A stretch of DNA of 64,000 nucleotides from positions 32,001-96,000 of the IMG/VR virus record IMGVR_UViG_3300037851_000500; one strand, given 5' to 3'. Numbering within the stretch: position 1 is the first letter of the stretch; every line of letters starts with the position of its first letter. The notes below the pieces were generated by a model. It searched no databases, was not told the origin of the DNA, and saw only the letters and a list, made by a program, of their open reading frames with translations. Of this stretch, positions 38,916-48,916 are shown in pieces. This DNA is from a virus. The position numbers and the translations under genes were made by a program.

Positions 38916-39203
38916 TTATTTTCTCCCTATAATATCAACAGGGAATAATGGGTCTTGATCCCCAGGATAAAAAAATTCTTCTTCCTCTTTAATTTTACCC
39001 AGTGATTTTTTTTCTGGAGCCACCCACATCATTTTATCTTGTGGGGGCATTTGCACATTTTTATTTCTATCAATATCATTATTTCCAACAAAAATAATTG
39101 CTCTTTTTATTTTAATTAAATTTTCAGCTATATGGTTAGGAAGATCTATAACAGTTTTACCATATCTAATAATGTCAGAGCGATCTAACAGTTTTAACAG
39201 CAT
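38916..39203 (-). CDS. Small head-associated hypothetical protein
   Basis: GAGGT RBS before MLLKLL; lies between the decoration and adaptor genes. Confidence 0.55.
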   Translation of the reverse strand: MLLKLLDRSDIIRYGKTVIDLPNHIAENLIKIKRAIIFVGNNDIDRNKNVQMPPQDKMMWVAPEKKSLGKIKEEEEFFYPGDQDPLFPVDIIGRK

Positions 39204-39221
39204 ACCCACCTCTCTTATAAT

Positions 39222-39253
39222 TAGGGGGTACAAACCGGAGTCTGTACCCCCTA
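39222..39253 (-). terminator. Stem-loop after the capsid/decoration genes
   Basis: TAGGGGGTACA / TGTACCCCCTA 11-bp stem. Confidence 0.6.
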
Positions 39254-39286
39254 CATCCGGCTTTACTACTTAGCCGACAAAATTAA

Positions 39287-39718
39287 TTAACTCGCGGCAA
39301 CTCTGGGCTTACGACCAGTTCCATAAGTAAGAGAAACCACATCCCCGCCTTGAGTAACGGGACGCCAACGATCCTCAAAGGTGATACCATAAAGACCATA
39401 TGAAACATTGCCACCAGCAGCAACAGCATAAACTCGAAGGTAACGATAAAAATCCACCACATCAAAAAGAAAAAGACCAGTAGAATCAATTGCCGCAGCA
39501 GTAACAAAATCTGTATCATAGGTATCATCATCAGATGAATCCCTGAAGGTAAGAGTAAGTGTGCCAGCATTTGCCCCAACATCTGCAATAAACAGAATTC
39601 TATTGGGGCGTTGCCCATCTGCCCACATATCAACATCTGTAAGCGTTTCATTGCCAACAGCAAGTTCAGCGTAAGATTTGAAAAGAATTACACGATGATT
39701 ATTCAGAATATCAAACAT
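39287..39718 (-). CDS. Capsid decoration/cement protein
   Basis: Directly after the MCP with GGAGG RBS; beta-sandwich with YRYLRV motif. Confidence 0.7.
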   Translation of the reverse strand: MFDILNNHRVILFKSYAELAVGNETLTDVDMWADGQRPNRILFIADVGANAGTLTLTFRDSSDDDTYDTDFVTAAAIDSTGLFLFDVVDFYRYLRVYAVAAGGNVSYGLYGITFEDRWRPVTQGGDVVSLTYGTGRKPRVAAS

Positions 39719-39794
39719 AGTTTTTCCTCCATTACAGTCTAATTGTTATTTTTATAAGAGGAAATTTTATTCCCCCATTCAGTAAATTTAAAAA

Positions 39795-41036
39795 TTATGA
39801 AGTCGGACCAAGCAAAACAAATGCTTTTGGCATAGCTGCCTGACCATCTAAACGACCGGAACACCGCAAAGCTGTACGGTTATTTCGGAACTTATAATGG
39901 CGCGAAGAATCCATGCTGAAATCCTGACGGAAGCCAATATAATACCAATTCCAGGCACCAAGAATAACATCACCAGTAGATCCAAGAGCAGGAATTTTAC
40001 CATCTGCCAAAACTGCTGGTCTACCAAGCAAACTCATGGTATATCCATCAGCAATATTGGCATAGGACTCTTGAAGAACCAGCTCTTTACTGGACTCACT
40101 AACAGTCTGACCCCGCAAAGAAGCGCGGGCCTGTTTAGTAATAAACCAAACAGATTGCGGATCAAACATAGAAGGAAGTCTTGCTTCCATATTAAGAATA
40201 TCCTGGACTTCAACTGCATTTGAAGTTTGACGATTAACCATAAGAACACCAGGATCATTAAGAATACCAAGCGGTTTCTTACCACCTGTACCCTGAATAA
40301 ATTCCTTATCAGTGTACCAATACCAAGCAGATCTAAACAGGCGGGTAAGATAATTCAAGAAATTAATAATAGAATCATCAAGCAGGGTGTTAGTAATTTC
40401 GGTATATCCTGCCAATTCGTGGACAATCATCTCAACCAAACCAAAACTGGGTTCAGTGGCGGGCTTTTCTCCACCTTCCTCAACCCAATCAAAAGTAACA
40501 CCAGCAAAATGATCAAAATTCTGATCCTGAACATCAGGATTTTGCATGAGCTTGGGGAACATCATCTTTTCCCCAACCATCGGCCACACTGTAGCCCGCC
40601 GCCACACCAAAGTATCTTCTGCATCATACATAATCATCATGGCGCGAAATTCTTCAGGCACAGTATAACCACCAGCAGAATCGGTAGATTCAGAAAGCAG
40701 TTTTGTTTGAACTCCACCCTTCAAATAAGCAGCAAAATCCTTTGCCCAAGCCTGCATTTCATCAGAAACAACCATCCACGGTGCGGATTTATTGCGAAGA
40801 TTAATAACCGATCCTTGTTTGGTAGTAAGATACCCACCATCAATTTTAGCAAAAGGCAAATTAGAAATAAGTTTAGACGAATCATTATCAGTAAAAGGTC
40901 GAGCGATATTATTCTGCAAATCTTTTACCATTTGCTGAAGGGTGTCTTTTACCATCTGGGTAAAAGGCTCATCCTTCATTGTGGACTCCAACTGCCCCTT
41001 AACTAACGCAATAAGATCTTCTTTGGTCATTTTCAT
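39795..41036 (-). CDS. Major capsid protein, HK97 fold
   Basis: GGYTVPEEF, WVEEGGEKP, GTGGKKPLGIL, LLGRP, RLDG..PKAF. Confidence 0.95.
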   Translation of the reverse strand: MKMTKEDLIALVKGQLESTMKDEPFTQMVKDTLQQMVKDLQNNIARPFTDNDSSKLISNLPFAKIDGGYLTTKQGSVINLRNKSAPWMVVSDEMQAWAKDFAAYLKGGVQTKLLSESTDSAGGYTVPEEFRAMMIMYDAEDTLVWRRATVWPMVGEKMMFPKLMQNPDVQDQNFDHFAGVTFDWVEEGGEKPATEPSFGLVEMIVHELAGYTEITNTLLDDSIINFLNYLTRLFRSAWYWYTDKEFIQGTGGKKPLGILNDPGVLMVNRQTSNAVEVQDILNMEARLPSMFDPQSVWFITKQARASLRGQTVSESSKELVLQESYANIADGYTMSLLGRPAVLADGKIPALGSTGDVILGAWNWYYIGFRQDFSMDSSRHYKFRNNRTALRCSGRLDGQAAMPKAFVLLGPTS

Positions 41037-41069
41037 AATAATTTTTCCTCCATAAATATTTATTTTGAA

Positions 41070-42623
41070 TTAATCAATTTTGCCAGAATTAACAATGGCA
41101 TCAGTTAATTGTTTTTTAAGACTTACTGTAATATCCCCAACAACAGATTTCCCAATTTCGCCTACTACATTTTTCAATTCCGCTTCATCAATTTCAATGG
41201 TGTCTTCATCTTCAGAATTAGATTTTTTGTCATCTACCGGATCTTTTTTTTCGGTATCAACAATTTCTAAATCTTCAGACTCATTACCATTATCTACTTG
41301 ATCCTGCTGTTTTTCATCTTCTAATTCACAAACAAATTCAGGATCAGTATTATTATTACAAATATTCTCTTGTTTATCAACAAGTTTTTCCATAACAGTA
41401 TTCATAGACTTGGATAAAGATTCAACCACAGAAATAATTTTTTCAATTTTTTCAGAAATAATATTAATATCATTATTTACATCTTTTTGCGTTTCATTAT
41501 CACTGGGTTCCGTAACACCAGCAGATTCAACGCTCCCTGTGCCATCATCAGGCTTGTCATCCCCTGCATCATCATCAGACTTAGTATCCAAAATGCTATC
41601 ATCCGGTTTCTTTCCCTCCGTATTGTCATTTTCAATAGAAATGGAATTTTTACCGCTATAAACCCTGTAAGTATAATTATGAACAGAATTGGGATCTCCC
41701 CAATTAAAAGGTTTAACACCATCAAAATAAGTTAATTCAACGTCCTGAATTACAGGCTCAACAAAAATTCCTTTTTCATCATCATACTGAACATGATAAT
41801 AAAATGATTTAACAACCTTTTCTCCATTTTCTTTTACAAAGTCAACAGCAAGATCTTTATCAAATTGTTCTGGATCAAAAGAATAACCAACAACAACTTC
41901 TGCATCCTTTTCAGGATGATCCTCATCAATAGCTTTCCCAAAAATGACATAAGCTCCTTGATTATTTTCAATGGGAACTTGTTTCGGATTAGAAAATTGC
42001 GAAGGATCTCTTACTGGGTAAAATAACCACTCATCGCTTCTACGAGCAAAAAATTCAGGATAACCAACATCCAACATGCTTTTCACAAACTCAGAACCTT
42101 CATAAGAAAGGTTCACATTGGCATTCGGATTTGCTGGAACTGCTACAGCAGAAACTTCAAGCAATTCTTGCTTCAAAAATTCTTTTCCACCCCACCAATT
42201 ATTGGGATCACGCTCATTAAATTCAATTCCTCTAAAACCAACACTAAATGATGTTAAAAATCCATTTGCATATTTTTGAAATATTTTTACAGAAAAATCA
42301 TCATTCTTATCAAATTTGGGCTTAAACAAAAGTCTCTTATTTACGGAATCCACCCAAACTCTGGTAGCTTTCGCAACAGGAAGATCCCAGTAATTATGGG
42401 ACCAAGGAACTACAGGGTTCTTTTTAAAATTCTTCAAATCCCAACCGGAAACACGGATAATATCTTTATCCCTATCCTCATCTTCAGTAGATGCAATAGC
42501 AACAAAGGTTAAATTTGCATCATCTAACTGTTCAATTTTTACCCCAACACAATCTGAACCAAAAACAGGGGCACCATCTTTTTTAATAGGTTGCCCTGCT
42601 TTACTCTTTAATTGATAAGCCAT
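41070..42623 (-). CDS. Prohead protease (HK97/S78-type) with acidic scaffold-like extension
   Basis: ASTEDEDRDKD, WSHNY, SFSVGF, ELLEVSAVAVPANPNA. Confidence 0.92.
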   Translation of the reverse strand: MAYQLKSKAGQPIKKDGAPVFGSDCVGVKIEQLDDANLTFVAIASTEDEDRDKDIIRVSGWDLKNFKKNPVVPWSHNYWDLPVAKATRVWVDSVNKRLLFKPKFDKNDDFSVKIFQKYANGFLTSFSVGFRGIEFNERDPNNWWGGKEFLKQELLEVSAVAVPANPNANVNLSYEGSEFVKSMLDVGYPEFFARRSDEWLFYPVRDPSQFSNPKQVPIENNQGAYVIFGKAIDEDHPEKDAEVVVGYSFDPEQFDKDLAVDFVKENGEKVVKSFYYHVQYDDEKGIFVEPVIQDVELTYFDGVKPFNWGDPNSVHNYTYRVYSGKNSISIENDNTEGKKPDDSILDTKSDDDAGDDKPDDGTGSVESAGVTEPSDNETQKDVNNDINIISEKIEKIISVVESLSKSMNTVMEKLVDKQENICNNNTDPEFVCELEDEKQQDQVDNGNESEDLEIVDTEKKDPVDDKKSNSEDEDTIEIDEAELKNVVGEIGKSVVGDITVSLKKQLTDAIVNSGKID

Positions 42624-42626
42624 AAT

Positions 42627-44567
42627 TTATTCTCCTTTATCCAAAATTAATTCACAATCGCAGCTTAAACTAAAAATCTCACCGGGGAATCTTATTTGAT
42701 GTATCCCCAATTTAAATGTATCAAATGATTTTTTTTCTTTTATTCTTCCTCTATGCCCACACTCATTACTATTAACAAGCCAAACCATAGGTTTATTTTC
42801 AGAATGCAAAACAATGTATTTTACAAAGTTTAATGCCGCACGTATAACGTAATTATTTATTTTAGATAGTCTTGGGTTAGAATCAAAACAAAATTTTACA
42901 TGATCCTCCCAAGTATCAATATCTCTGTTTACTTTAATTAAAGTTTCAAAATATCTTTTAGAAATATCAATGGAAATACGATCAAGCCAGGGGTCTTCCT
43001 TACATAAATTATTTATTTCTTTTTCTGATATATTAAAAATATGTTCCCCAAAAACCCCCATCATAGATAAAATTCCACTTTTTATATTTTCAGATGTATT
43101 TTTAACAAAAATATCATCTGTTATTGTGTTATTTGGTATTGAACTTAACGAACTTGATAAAAATTTTATAATTGCTGTATTCCAGCTTTCTCTTGCTTTA
43201 GCTTCTATTGTCAATATATCACTTTTTTTATTAGCTTGTCCAGAAATTGATCTTCCATCAGTAGGATTATCATCTCTTGGGTCCGATCCATCTGGTGCAG
43301 GGCGTGTATCTCCCCCGGTATTATCATCCCCATTTCCAGAACGATCCGGTCTTACAGCAGCAGCAGTTACTTTATCAATATCTTCAATATCTATATATTT
43401 ATTTGGAATTAATAGTCTGTCCCCTTCAGGTTTTGGGGGTTTATTTAGATAATCCTTTCTATATTCATTAATTGTCATGGCAGGCAATCCACCCAAATAG
43501 GTTTTAGCCTCTAAAACTTCTAATTGCCTGTCTCTTGGTATAGGATTGTCATGTTTAATTTGCAATCGCTCATCAAAAGTTTTACAAACACCCTCAGTCA
43601 ATTCCTCATCCCACAAAAATAAACGTGGGCCTATTGACTCTCTATTAAAAGAAATATCAGATTGAACAGATCCAGCCCTATTAGAATCAATTCCACCTAA
43701 TTTTGACTCTGGAACACGATAACATGCCAAAACCTTGTCCTTAGACCATTTAGCCAAATTTAAAAACTCAAAATCTTTATTTGCGAAACTTAATTGAACT
43801 GGTTTTAACCCAGAGTCTAAAACAGCAACATCATGGAAAACCCCACGATATTTCTCTTTCCACCTTGATTTAATTTCATCAGCTTTATCCTGATCTATTG
43901 GTACTTCAGTGGTTAAAGCAAAATCTGTTCTTGCGCTATTTTTAAAAAAATCTCTTTCATAAATTTCAATGTATTTGTCCAAGTCAGTAGCATATGCTTG
44001 CGCCTGAATAGGACTCATTGGGTCATACGGATTTTTCGGATTTGGATAATTAACTACAATTAATTCAGAAATATCAAAATCTATCCAACCACCTTTTCCA
44101 GATTTAAAAATATATTTGACACTGGGATTTATCATTGAATTAGAAACTTCAGTTTTAACAAAATCTACCATGTTCATAGGCCACAACTCCCAAACTTGAC
44201 CAAGAACATTCTTTACAGGATATAAAACCGACATTCCAGTAAGATCCAACTGAATTTGACAAAATTGCATAATAAATCTAAATGTCATTAAATCATTGGG
44301 ATGATAAAATGGTTTAGTAAATGTTTTAAAATTTTTATTTTTTGTAGATAATTCCTCTCCAGTATCTTTATTATAAAATTTAAATGGTATAGTAGAAACC
44401 CTATCAGAAATAAGTGTTACGCAAGAATATACCCAGGATCTATATGCATCTAACTGTTGATTAACCCCAGTAAGTAAATTACCCCCATCCATTTTTTCCC
44501 TAACAATCATTTGTCGTAATTGTTCATATGATTTTTTAATACTGAAATTATAACCAAAAATTTTCAT
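42627..44567 (-). CDS. Portal protein (HK97 type) with C-terminal extension
   Basis: WVYSCV, PNDLMT, SPIQA, FFKNSA, VLDSGLK, MTINEYR. Confidence 0.92.
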   Translation of the reverse strand: MKIFGYNFSIKKSYEQLRQMIVREKMDGGNLLTGVNQQLDAYRSWVYSCVTLISDRVSTIPFKFYNKDTGEELSTKNKNFKTFTKPFYHPNDLMTFRFIMQFCQIQLDLTGMSVLYPVKNVLGQVWELWPMNMVDFVKTEVSNSMINPSVKYIFKSGKGGWIDFDISELIVVNYPNPKNPYDPMSPIQAQAYATDLDKYIEIYERDFFKNSARTDFALTTEVPIDQDKADEIKSRWKEKYRGVFHDVAVLDSGLKPVQLSFANKDFEFLNLAKWSKDKVLACYRVPESKLGGIDSNRAGSVQSDISFNRESIGPRLFLWDEELTEGVCKTFDERLQIKHDNPIPRDRQLEVLEAKTYLGGLPAMTINEYRKDYLNKPPKPEGDRLLIPNKYIDIEDIDKVTAAAVRPDRSGNGDDNTGGDTRPAPDGSDPRDDNPTDGRSISGQANKKSDILTIEAKARESWNTAIIKFLSSSLSSIPNNTITDDIFVKNTSENIKSGILSMMGVFGEHIFNISEKEINNLCKEDPWLDRISIDISKRYFETLIKVNRDIDTWEDHVKFCFDSNPRLSKINNYVIRAALNFVKYIVLHSENKPMVWLVNSNECGHRGRIKEKKSFDTFKLGIHQIRFPGEIFSLSCDCELILDKGE

Positions 44568-44647
44568 TTACATTCCCTCCACGTTGATTGGTCATTAGAC
44601 CTTTAACGTATTCTCCATTTTTAGCATTAGCTAAGATTATGGACAAA

Positions 44648-47185
44648 CTAGTATATATTCGGCCCCGTATCCTTTCTAATTAGTTGATTTGCCCCTGCTC
44701 TAGCAAACCAAAAGGACATAACAATGTCTGTAGTTTCATAAAATGGATGATGCAAAAATTCTTGAAATAGCAACATCCAAGGGTTATTAGCATCAATCTC
44801 CCCGACTTTAGGTTCTTGTTCAAAACAAAACATCCATTCATTATTCTCAAATTCTTTTTCAATACTGGGCAAACCAATTAAAGGATCTGCTTTATTGCTT
44901 CCTGTTAAAAATCCTTCAATTTTTAATCTATACTTTTTATACTTTTCAGACCCTAAAGAAGTAGTTAGCATTTCAATAAGGGCATCCTGAACACCATTGT
45001 TCTCTGCCATGAAAAGATCAATACCATATTTTTGATAAAATTTAATCATGTAATGTGGTAATTCCTGTGAACCGCGTAAACATACAACCTCTACAGGAAC
45101 TTTCATACCAGAAAATTTATTAACAGCTAAAACGGACAAAATAGTACCAGGACGTTTCTTGCTGGCAAAATCAATTCCAGCAACAAAAATCCAGTTTTTC
45201 TCATTTTCTATTAATCTACTGGGGGAAATACCAAAATGACAACAACGCTTGAAATTAGGAAAGGATTTATCAGCATCGGTATAAGGAATTAATCTATAAC
45301 CACGATTAAAATCCCTTTGCCCTAATACTTTTAATCTATCAATTAGATCATTCTTATTAAATAATGTCCACAATGGTAATGTGTATTTAGCACCAAAAGA
45401 GTCTTTATATAATAAATTATTTAAATCTTCTGAGACAGCCAACTCCATCCAAGACCATACAGGATTGGCCTGAATCATATTTGCTAAATCATTTTCATGC
45501 CATTTATTCATCAAAACTATAACTTCAGAATTATTTGGTATAAGCCGTGTTAACCAAACATTTTTAAATGTTTCCTCAATCTTTTTCCGCATTGTAGGTT
45601 CCAATACGGCTGTTTTCAAATCTTGTGGATCATCTAAAATAATAAGATTTGCACGACCACCAAGAGCAGTAGATAAAATACCATACGCTTCTACAGTTCC
45701 ATCTTTTGACATTGCATCCCGTTTAACAATGAATCTCTGCGACCCCCAAATACTGGTTGGTTGTACATGCGGAGCAATTTTCTTAAAATCATCATCTTTT
45801 GCTATATATTCTCTCAATGCTCGGCATCTTTTAACTGCCTCTGTTTCTGAAACGTGAACCATCTTAACTAATATATTTGGATCTTGTGCAATTCTATATA
45901 AAACATACCCAACACAGATTTGCTCGGTATTATGAGTTACCGTAAAGTCACCAAGCAAAAATAAATGATTCCCATCCAATCCAAAACCAAAGTATTCCTT
46001 TTCCCCCACTGGTTCTACATCAAAACCATAAACTAACGGATTTTTTATTTGTTTCCTAACATCTGCTTTCTTCCTTGTCTTACAAGGAATTAAATGAGTA
46101 TTACCACTAATAATAATTACATAATAAGGAACATCATTTACATATTTAATTCTATGTGAAACAGAAAACCCAAGAGATCTGCAAAGAAACAAAATATCAT
46201 CACGCATCCCAATCCACTTAGTTGCTATCTCAAAACAATTATCAGATAAATACCCATCTGTATCAATCAATCCAGCAAGTAATTGAAGTCTAACCAATCT
46301 ATGATTTTTCAAATATTGTGGGTCTATTCTTTTTCCGTCAATACATGAACTTTTCAAAAATAACCAATGGTCTGTTTTTTTAGTAGATCCATTAATAAAA
46401 TTTAAACTATAATCAAAACACCCAGAACTACTTTGTGTTTGCCGCACACTATAACCATTTTCATTTGCCCATAAATTTATACAATTAACAATCTCCGTAT
46501 CAAAATTATTAATAGTAAATCTAAAATTATGTATGTGACCATCCCCAAGCCATATCCCATAAAAATAGGGGTCCAATTGAACGGGCTTATATTTAAAAGA
46601 AAGTGGTACTTTATAGAGTTTTAAACAATTCTTTTTTACCCACTCAGGAAGTTCTAGAAAATCTTTTAAAGGTAAAACTATCTTTTCCCCCCTCTGATAA
46701 CCAGCTATTCTATTAGAAACAGTAAAAGCAAGAATATGAGATTCATTACATTCAAATGAATCACCATTCTTCAGTGTAACCTTGTATGCCCGCTCTTTCC
46801 CATGACCAAGGAACAAAACTTTTCTGGGAGTACCATCATCCCCCATAATTAAATCACCAACTTTAACATCTTCTACTTTTTTCAAATCTCCTGAATAAGT
46901 AAGCACCTGAGTATCGGCGCAAAATGATTTGCCCATCCCGAAAGCCCCAAGTACAAGCATCTTATTAAAACCATGTTTTTTAGCCTTTCTAACAAATCTG
47001 TGCATAATATTATGTACAGCTTCATTTTTAACCACAGCACCAGAAGTATCTTTTAATACTTGAAAGGTAAAAACTTCAGATTTTTTAGGAAGGAGTTCTT
47101 TATGGTCAACATCTATTTTATCTACAAGTTGACTAAGACTTGATTTAAAAAAATTTTTTATATCCCCATCTAAAGCAGAATACAT
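44648..47185 (-). CDS. terL: Terminase large subunit containing an intein
   Basis: Walker A GAFGMGK|T split by the intein, Walker B IILDDP, nuclease GIDFA and C-terminal TDIVMS. Confidence 0.93.
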   Translation of the reverse strand: MYSALDGDIKNFFKSSLSQLVDKIDVDHKELLPKKSEVFTFQVLKDTSGAVVKNEAVHNIMHRFVRKAKKHGFNKMLVLGAFGMGKSFCADTQVLTYSGDLKKVEDVKVGDLIMGDDGTPRKVLFLGHGKERAYKVTLKNGDSFECNESHILAFTVSNRIAGYQRGEKIVLPLKDFLELPEWVKKNCLKLYKVPLSFKYKPVQLDPYFYGIWLGDGHIHNFRFTINNFDTEIVNCINLWANENGYSVRQTQSSSGCFDYSLNFINGSTKKTDHWLFLKSSCIDGKRIDPQYLKNHRLVRLQLLAGLIDTDGYLSDNCFEIATKWIGMRDDILFLCRSLGFSVSHRIKYVNDVPYYVIIISGNTHLIPCKTRKKADVRKQIKNPLVYGFDVEPVGEKEYFGFGLDGNHLFLLGDFTVTHNTEQICVGYVLYRIAQDPNILVKMVHVSETEAVKRCRALREYIAKDDDFKKIAPHVQPTSIWGSQRFIVKRDAMSKDGTVEAYGILSTALGGRANLIILDDPQDLKTAVLEPTMRKKIEETFKNVWLTRLIPNNSEVIVLMNKWHENDLANMIQANPVWSWMELAVSEDLNNLLYKDSFGAKYTLPLWTLFNKNDLIDRLKVLGQRDFNRGYRLIPYTDADKSFPNFKRCCHFGISPSRLIENEKNWIFVAGIDFASKKRPGTILSVLAVNKFSGMKVPVEVVCLRGSQELPHYMIKFYQKYGIDLFMAENNGVQDALIEMLTTSLGSEKYKKYRLKIEGFLTGSNKADPLIGLPSIEKEFENNEWMFCFEQEPKVGEIDANNPWMLLFQEFLHHPFYETTDIVMSFWFARAGANQLIRKDTGPNIY
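45929..46927 (-). mobile_element. 333-aa intein with LAGLIDADG homing endonuclease in the TerL P-loop
   Basis: Starts SFCADTQV (Ser1), contains GIWLGDG and LAGLIDTDG, ends VTHN followed by Thr+1. Confidence 0.93.
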
Positions 47186-47188
47186 ATT

Positions 47189-47713
47189 TTACCCCAATTT
47201 TTGTTGTTCTATCATTTTAACTTCTTTAGCAACATCAATTGCATGATCCGCATCAATTTGACTAAGTTCCTGAAGTATTAATTTTCTAATATTGGGGTCT
47301 ATTCTATTTACTACTTGGATAACAGCGTTCATAAAACTATTAATTTTAATTTCATATTCGTGCTTAATTGTATCTTTCTTCCCATATTTCTTTGGAAACT
47401 TTCTTTCTAAAAACCAAGCTGATGCTTGCCACTGTCCAAAGTCACCAGCCCTCTCAATATTTTTTACATGCTTAAATTCACAAGTAGCTTGACATTTCTG
47501 AATTAATTCTTCAAAATCTGGGTCAGATCTGTACAGATCTAACTTATACTGGCTAATGTTAACTAACTTAGAAGCCTCTATAAGATCAACACCGGACTCC
47601 ATTATTTCTATTAACTTGGTTTTGAGGTATAATTCTTCAGCACCCTTGGATAAATCAGATATTTTATCTGAACCAACAAAATGATGTTTTGGGGTCAATT
47701 TAAACCGCTTCAT
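47189..47713 (-). CDS. terS: Terminase small subunit
   Basis: HTH plus WQASAWFLERKFPKKYG, immediately upstream of terL; start at MKRFKL after GGAG. Confidence 0.8.
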   Translation of the reverse strand: MKRFKLTPKHHFVGSDKISDLSKGAEELYLKTKLIEIMESGVDLIEASKLVNISQYKLDLYRSDPDFEELIQKCQATCEFKHVKNIERAGDFGQWQASAWFLERKFPKKYGKKDTIKHEYEIKINSFMNAVIQVVNRIDPNIRKLILQELSQIDADHAIDVAKEVKMIEQQKLG

Positions 47714-47782
47714 AAAAAATCTCCAATACACTAAGTAATTGTTTATTATTCTATACGAAAACAACTAAGGAAGTCAACAATT

Positions 47783-48262
47783 ATGAAAAAACAAATTTTT
47801 TCAAAAAGAGTGCCAACGATTGAAAGATTTAATGTGCCGCCAGAAAATGGAGACTTTTTAAAAGTGTTCCAGGCTGCAATGAAAGAAAAAATAATGCTCA
47901 TGGAATGTGGTGAATACAATCCAAAAGAATTTAAAAAAATTGTTCGCAATAAATTCAAAAGAGATGTTAAATATTTTAACCTTAAAGTTAAGCCTCTTTT
48001 ACTCAGTTGTAAAATAAGCCCCAAATTTTACTTGGAAGTACAAGAAACTGCAAAAATTGTATTTGGGGATTATGTAGCTATGGATGAGCTTATTATTTTT
48101 CTTTTAGATTATTTTGTAGAAAATTATGGAAAGGAAAATTACATCAGGGGGGTTCCACTGTTTACGCGGAAATATAGCGGGAATAACTATTCGCGGGTAA
48201 AACGCTTTAATTCTAAGTTTTCACAATTTTACAAAAATCATGTGGTTTCTTTCAAAAATTAG
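47783..48262 (+). CDS. Hypothetical basic protein, divergent from the late operon
   Basis: 159-aa ORF at the strand switch. Confidence 0.6.
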   Translation: MKKQIFSKRVPTIERFNVPPENGDFLKVFQAAMKEKIMLMECGEYNPKEFKKIVRNKFKRDVKYFNLKVKPLLLSCKISPKFYLEVQETAKIVFGDYVAMDELIIFLLDYFVENYGKENYIRGVPLFTRKYSGNNYSRVKRFNSKFSQFYKNHVVSFKN

Positions 48263-48283
48263 TAAATCCATCCGAAAATATTC

Positions 48284-48312
48284 TTGACTTCTTTCCTTAA
48301 TCCAAGTATACT
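48284..48312 (+). promoter_or_regulatory. sigma70 promoter
   Basis: TTGACT-17 nt-TATACT. Confidence 0.8.
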
Positions 48313-48324
48313 AAAAGTTACTTC

Positions 48325-48367
48325 AAAAAATTTGAGGGATTCAGCCCCGACAAGACCGAATCCCTCA
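48325..48367 (-). terminator. Leader hairpin that reads as an intrinsic terminator on the minus strand
   Basis: TGAGGGATTC / GAATCCCTCA stem, followed on the minus strand by AATTTTTT. Confidence 0.6.
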
Positions 48368-48402
48368 CCTGATCCCACAACACCACAAAGGAGGTAACTC
48401 TA

Positions 48403-48897
48403 ATGCCCCAGAAACCCAATGGCAAGGTAACTGGAACCTTTTTTGTGGACCCCAGAAGGAGGGAACCACCAATGGTTAATAATATAGTTCAATTCCCAGT
48501 AGTATGTCAAGAGAAAATATTCCCAGAAGATTATTTCAATTTCTGCAAAAAATACTGCAAAATAATTTCTTCCATGAAAAAATCCCCCTGGAAAAGTAGA
48601 TCCTCACCACTATCATATTTTACAATCAATAAAAAAAGTATAAAATTAAGCAAAAATCAAAGAAAAATAATTATTTTATTGCACCAATACTATTTTAGTC
48701 ATGGAAAACCATACATTGTAAAAAGAGAAAATATTAAAAATATAATAAAAAAATCAACAGGAAATAATCTTAGCAAAAGTTCAATAAGCAAATCAATAAG
48801 CGCATTATGTAAAAGAAATATTATTTGTAGGGTAATAATAAAAGATAAATTTGGTCATAAGTCTGTAATCCTGCCACACAATTCCTGCCTTTCATAA
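48403..48897 (+). CDS. Winged-HTH DNA-binding protein, paralogue A
   Basis: IKLSKNQR..LH..YFSHGKP..LSKSSISKSISALCKRNII. Confidence 0.7.
   Translation: MPQKPNGKVTGTFFVDPRRREPPMVNNIVQFPVVCQEKIFPEDYFNFCKKYCKIISSMKKSPWKSRSSPLSYFTINKKSIKLSKNQRKIIILLHQYYFSHGKPYIVKRENIKNIIKKSTGNNLSKSSISKSISALCKRNIICRVIIKDKFGHKSVILPHNSCLS
48481..48510 (-). promoter_or_regulatory. Candidate antisense sigma70 promoter
   Basis: Minus strand TTGACA-18 nt-TATATT, pointing across the RBS of 48403. Confidence 0.5.
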
Positions 48898-48916
48898 TAA
48901 ATTAAAAAGGTAAAAT

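Noticed and set aside
40227-41006. 259-aa plus-strand ORF and similar antisense or alternate-frame ORFs (e.g. 5174-5698, 31160-31603, 42970-43452, 39283-39663)
   Set aside because: They are shadows of well-supported genes, with no RBS or recognisable motifs.
47748-47777. sigma70 promoter for the late operon
   Set aside because: TTGACT pairs only with -10 candidates at 16 or 18 nt spacing; too ambiguous to call.
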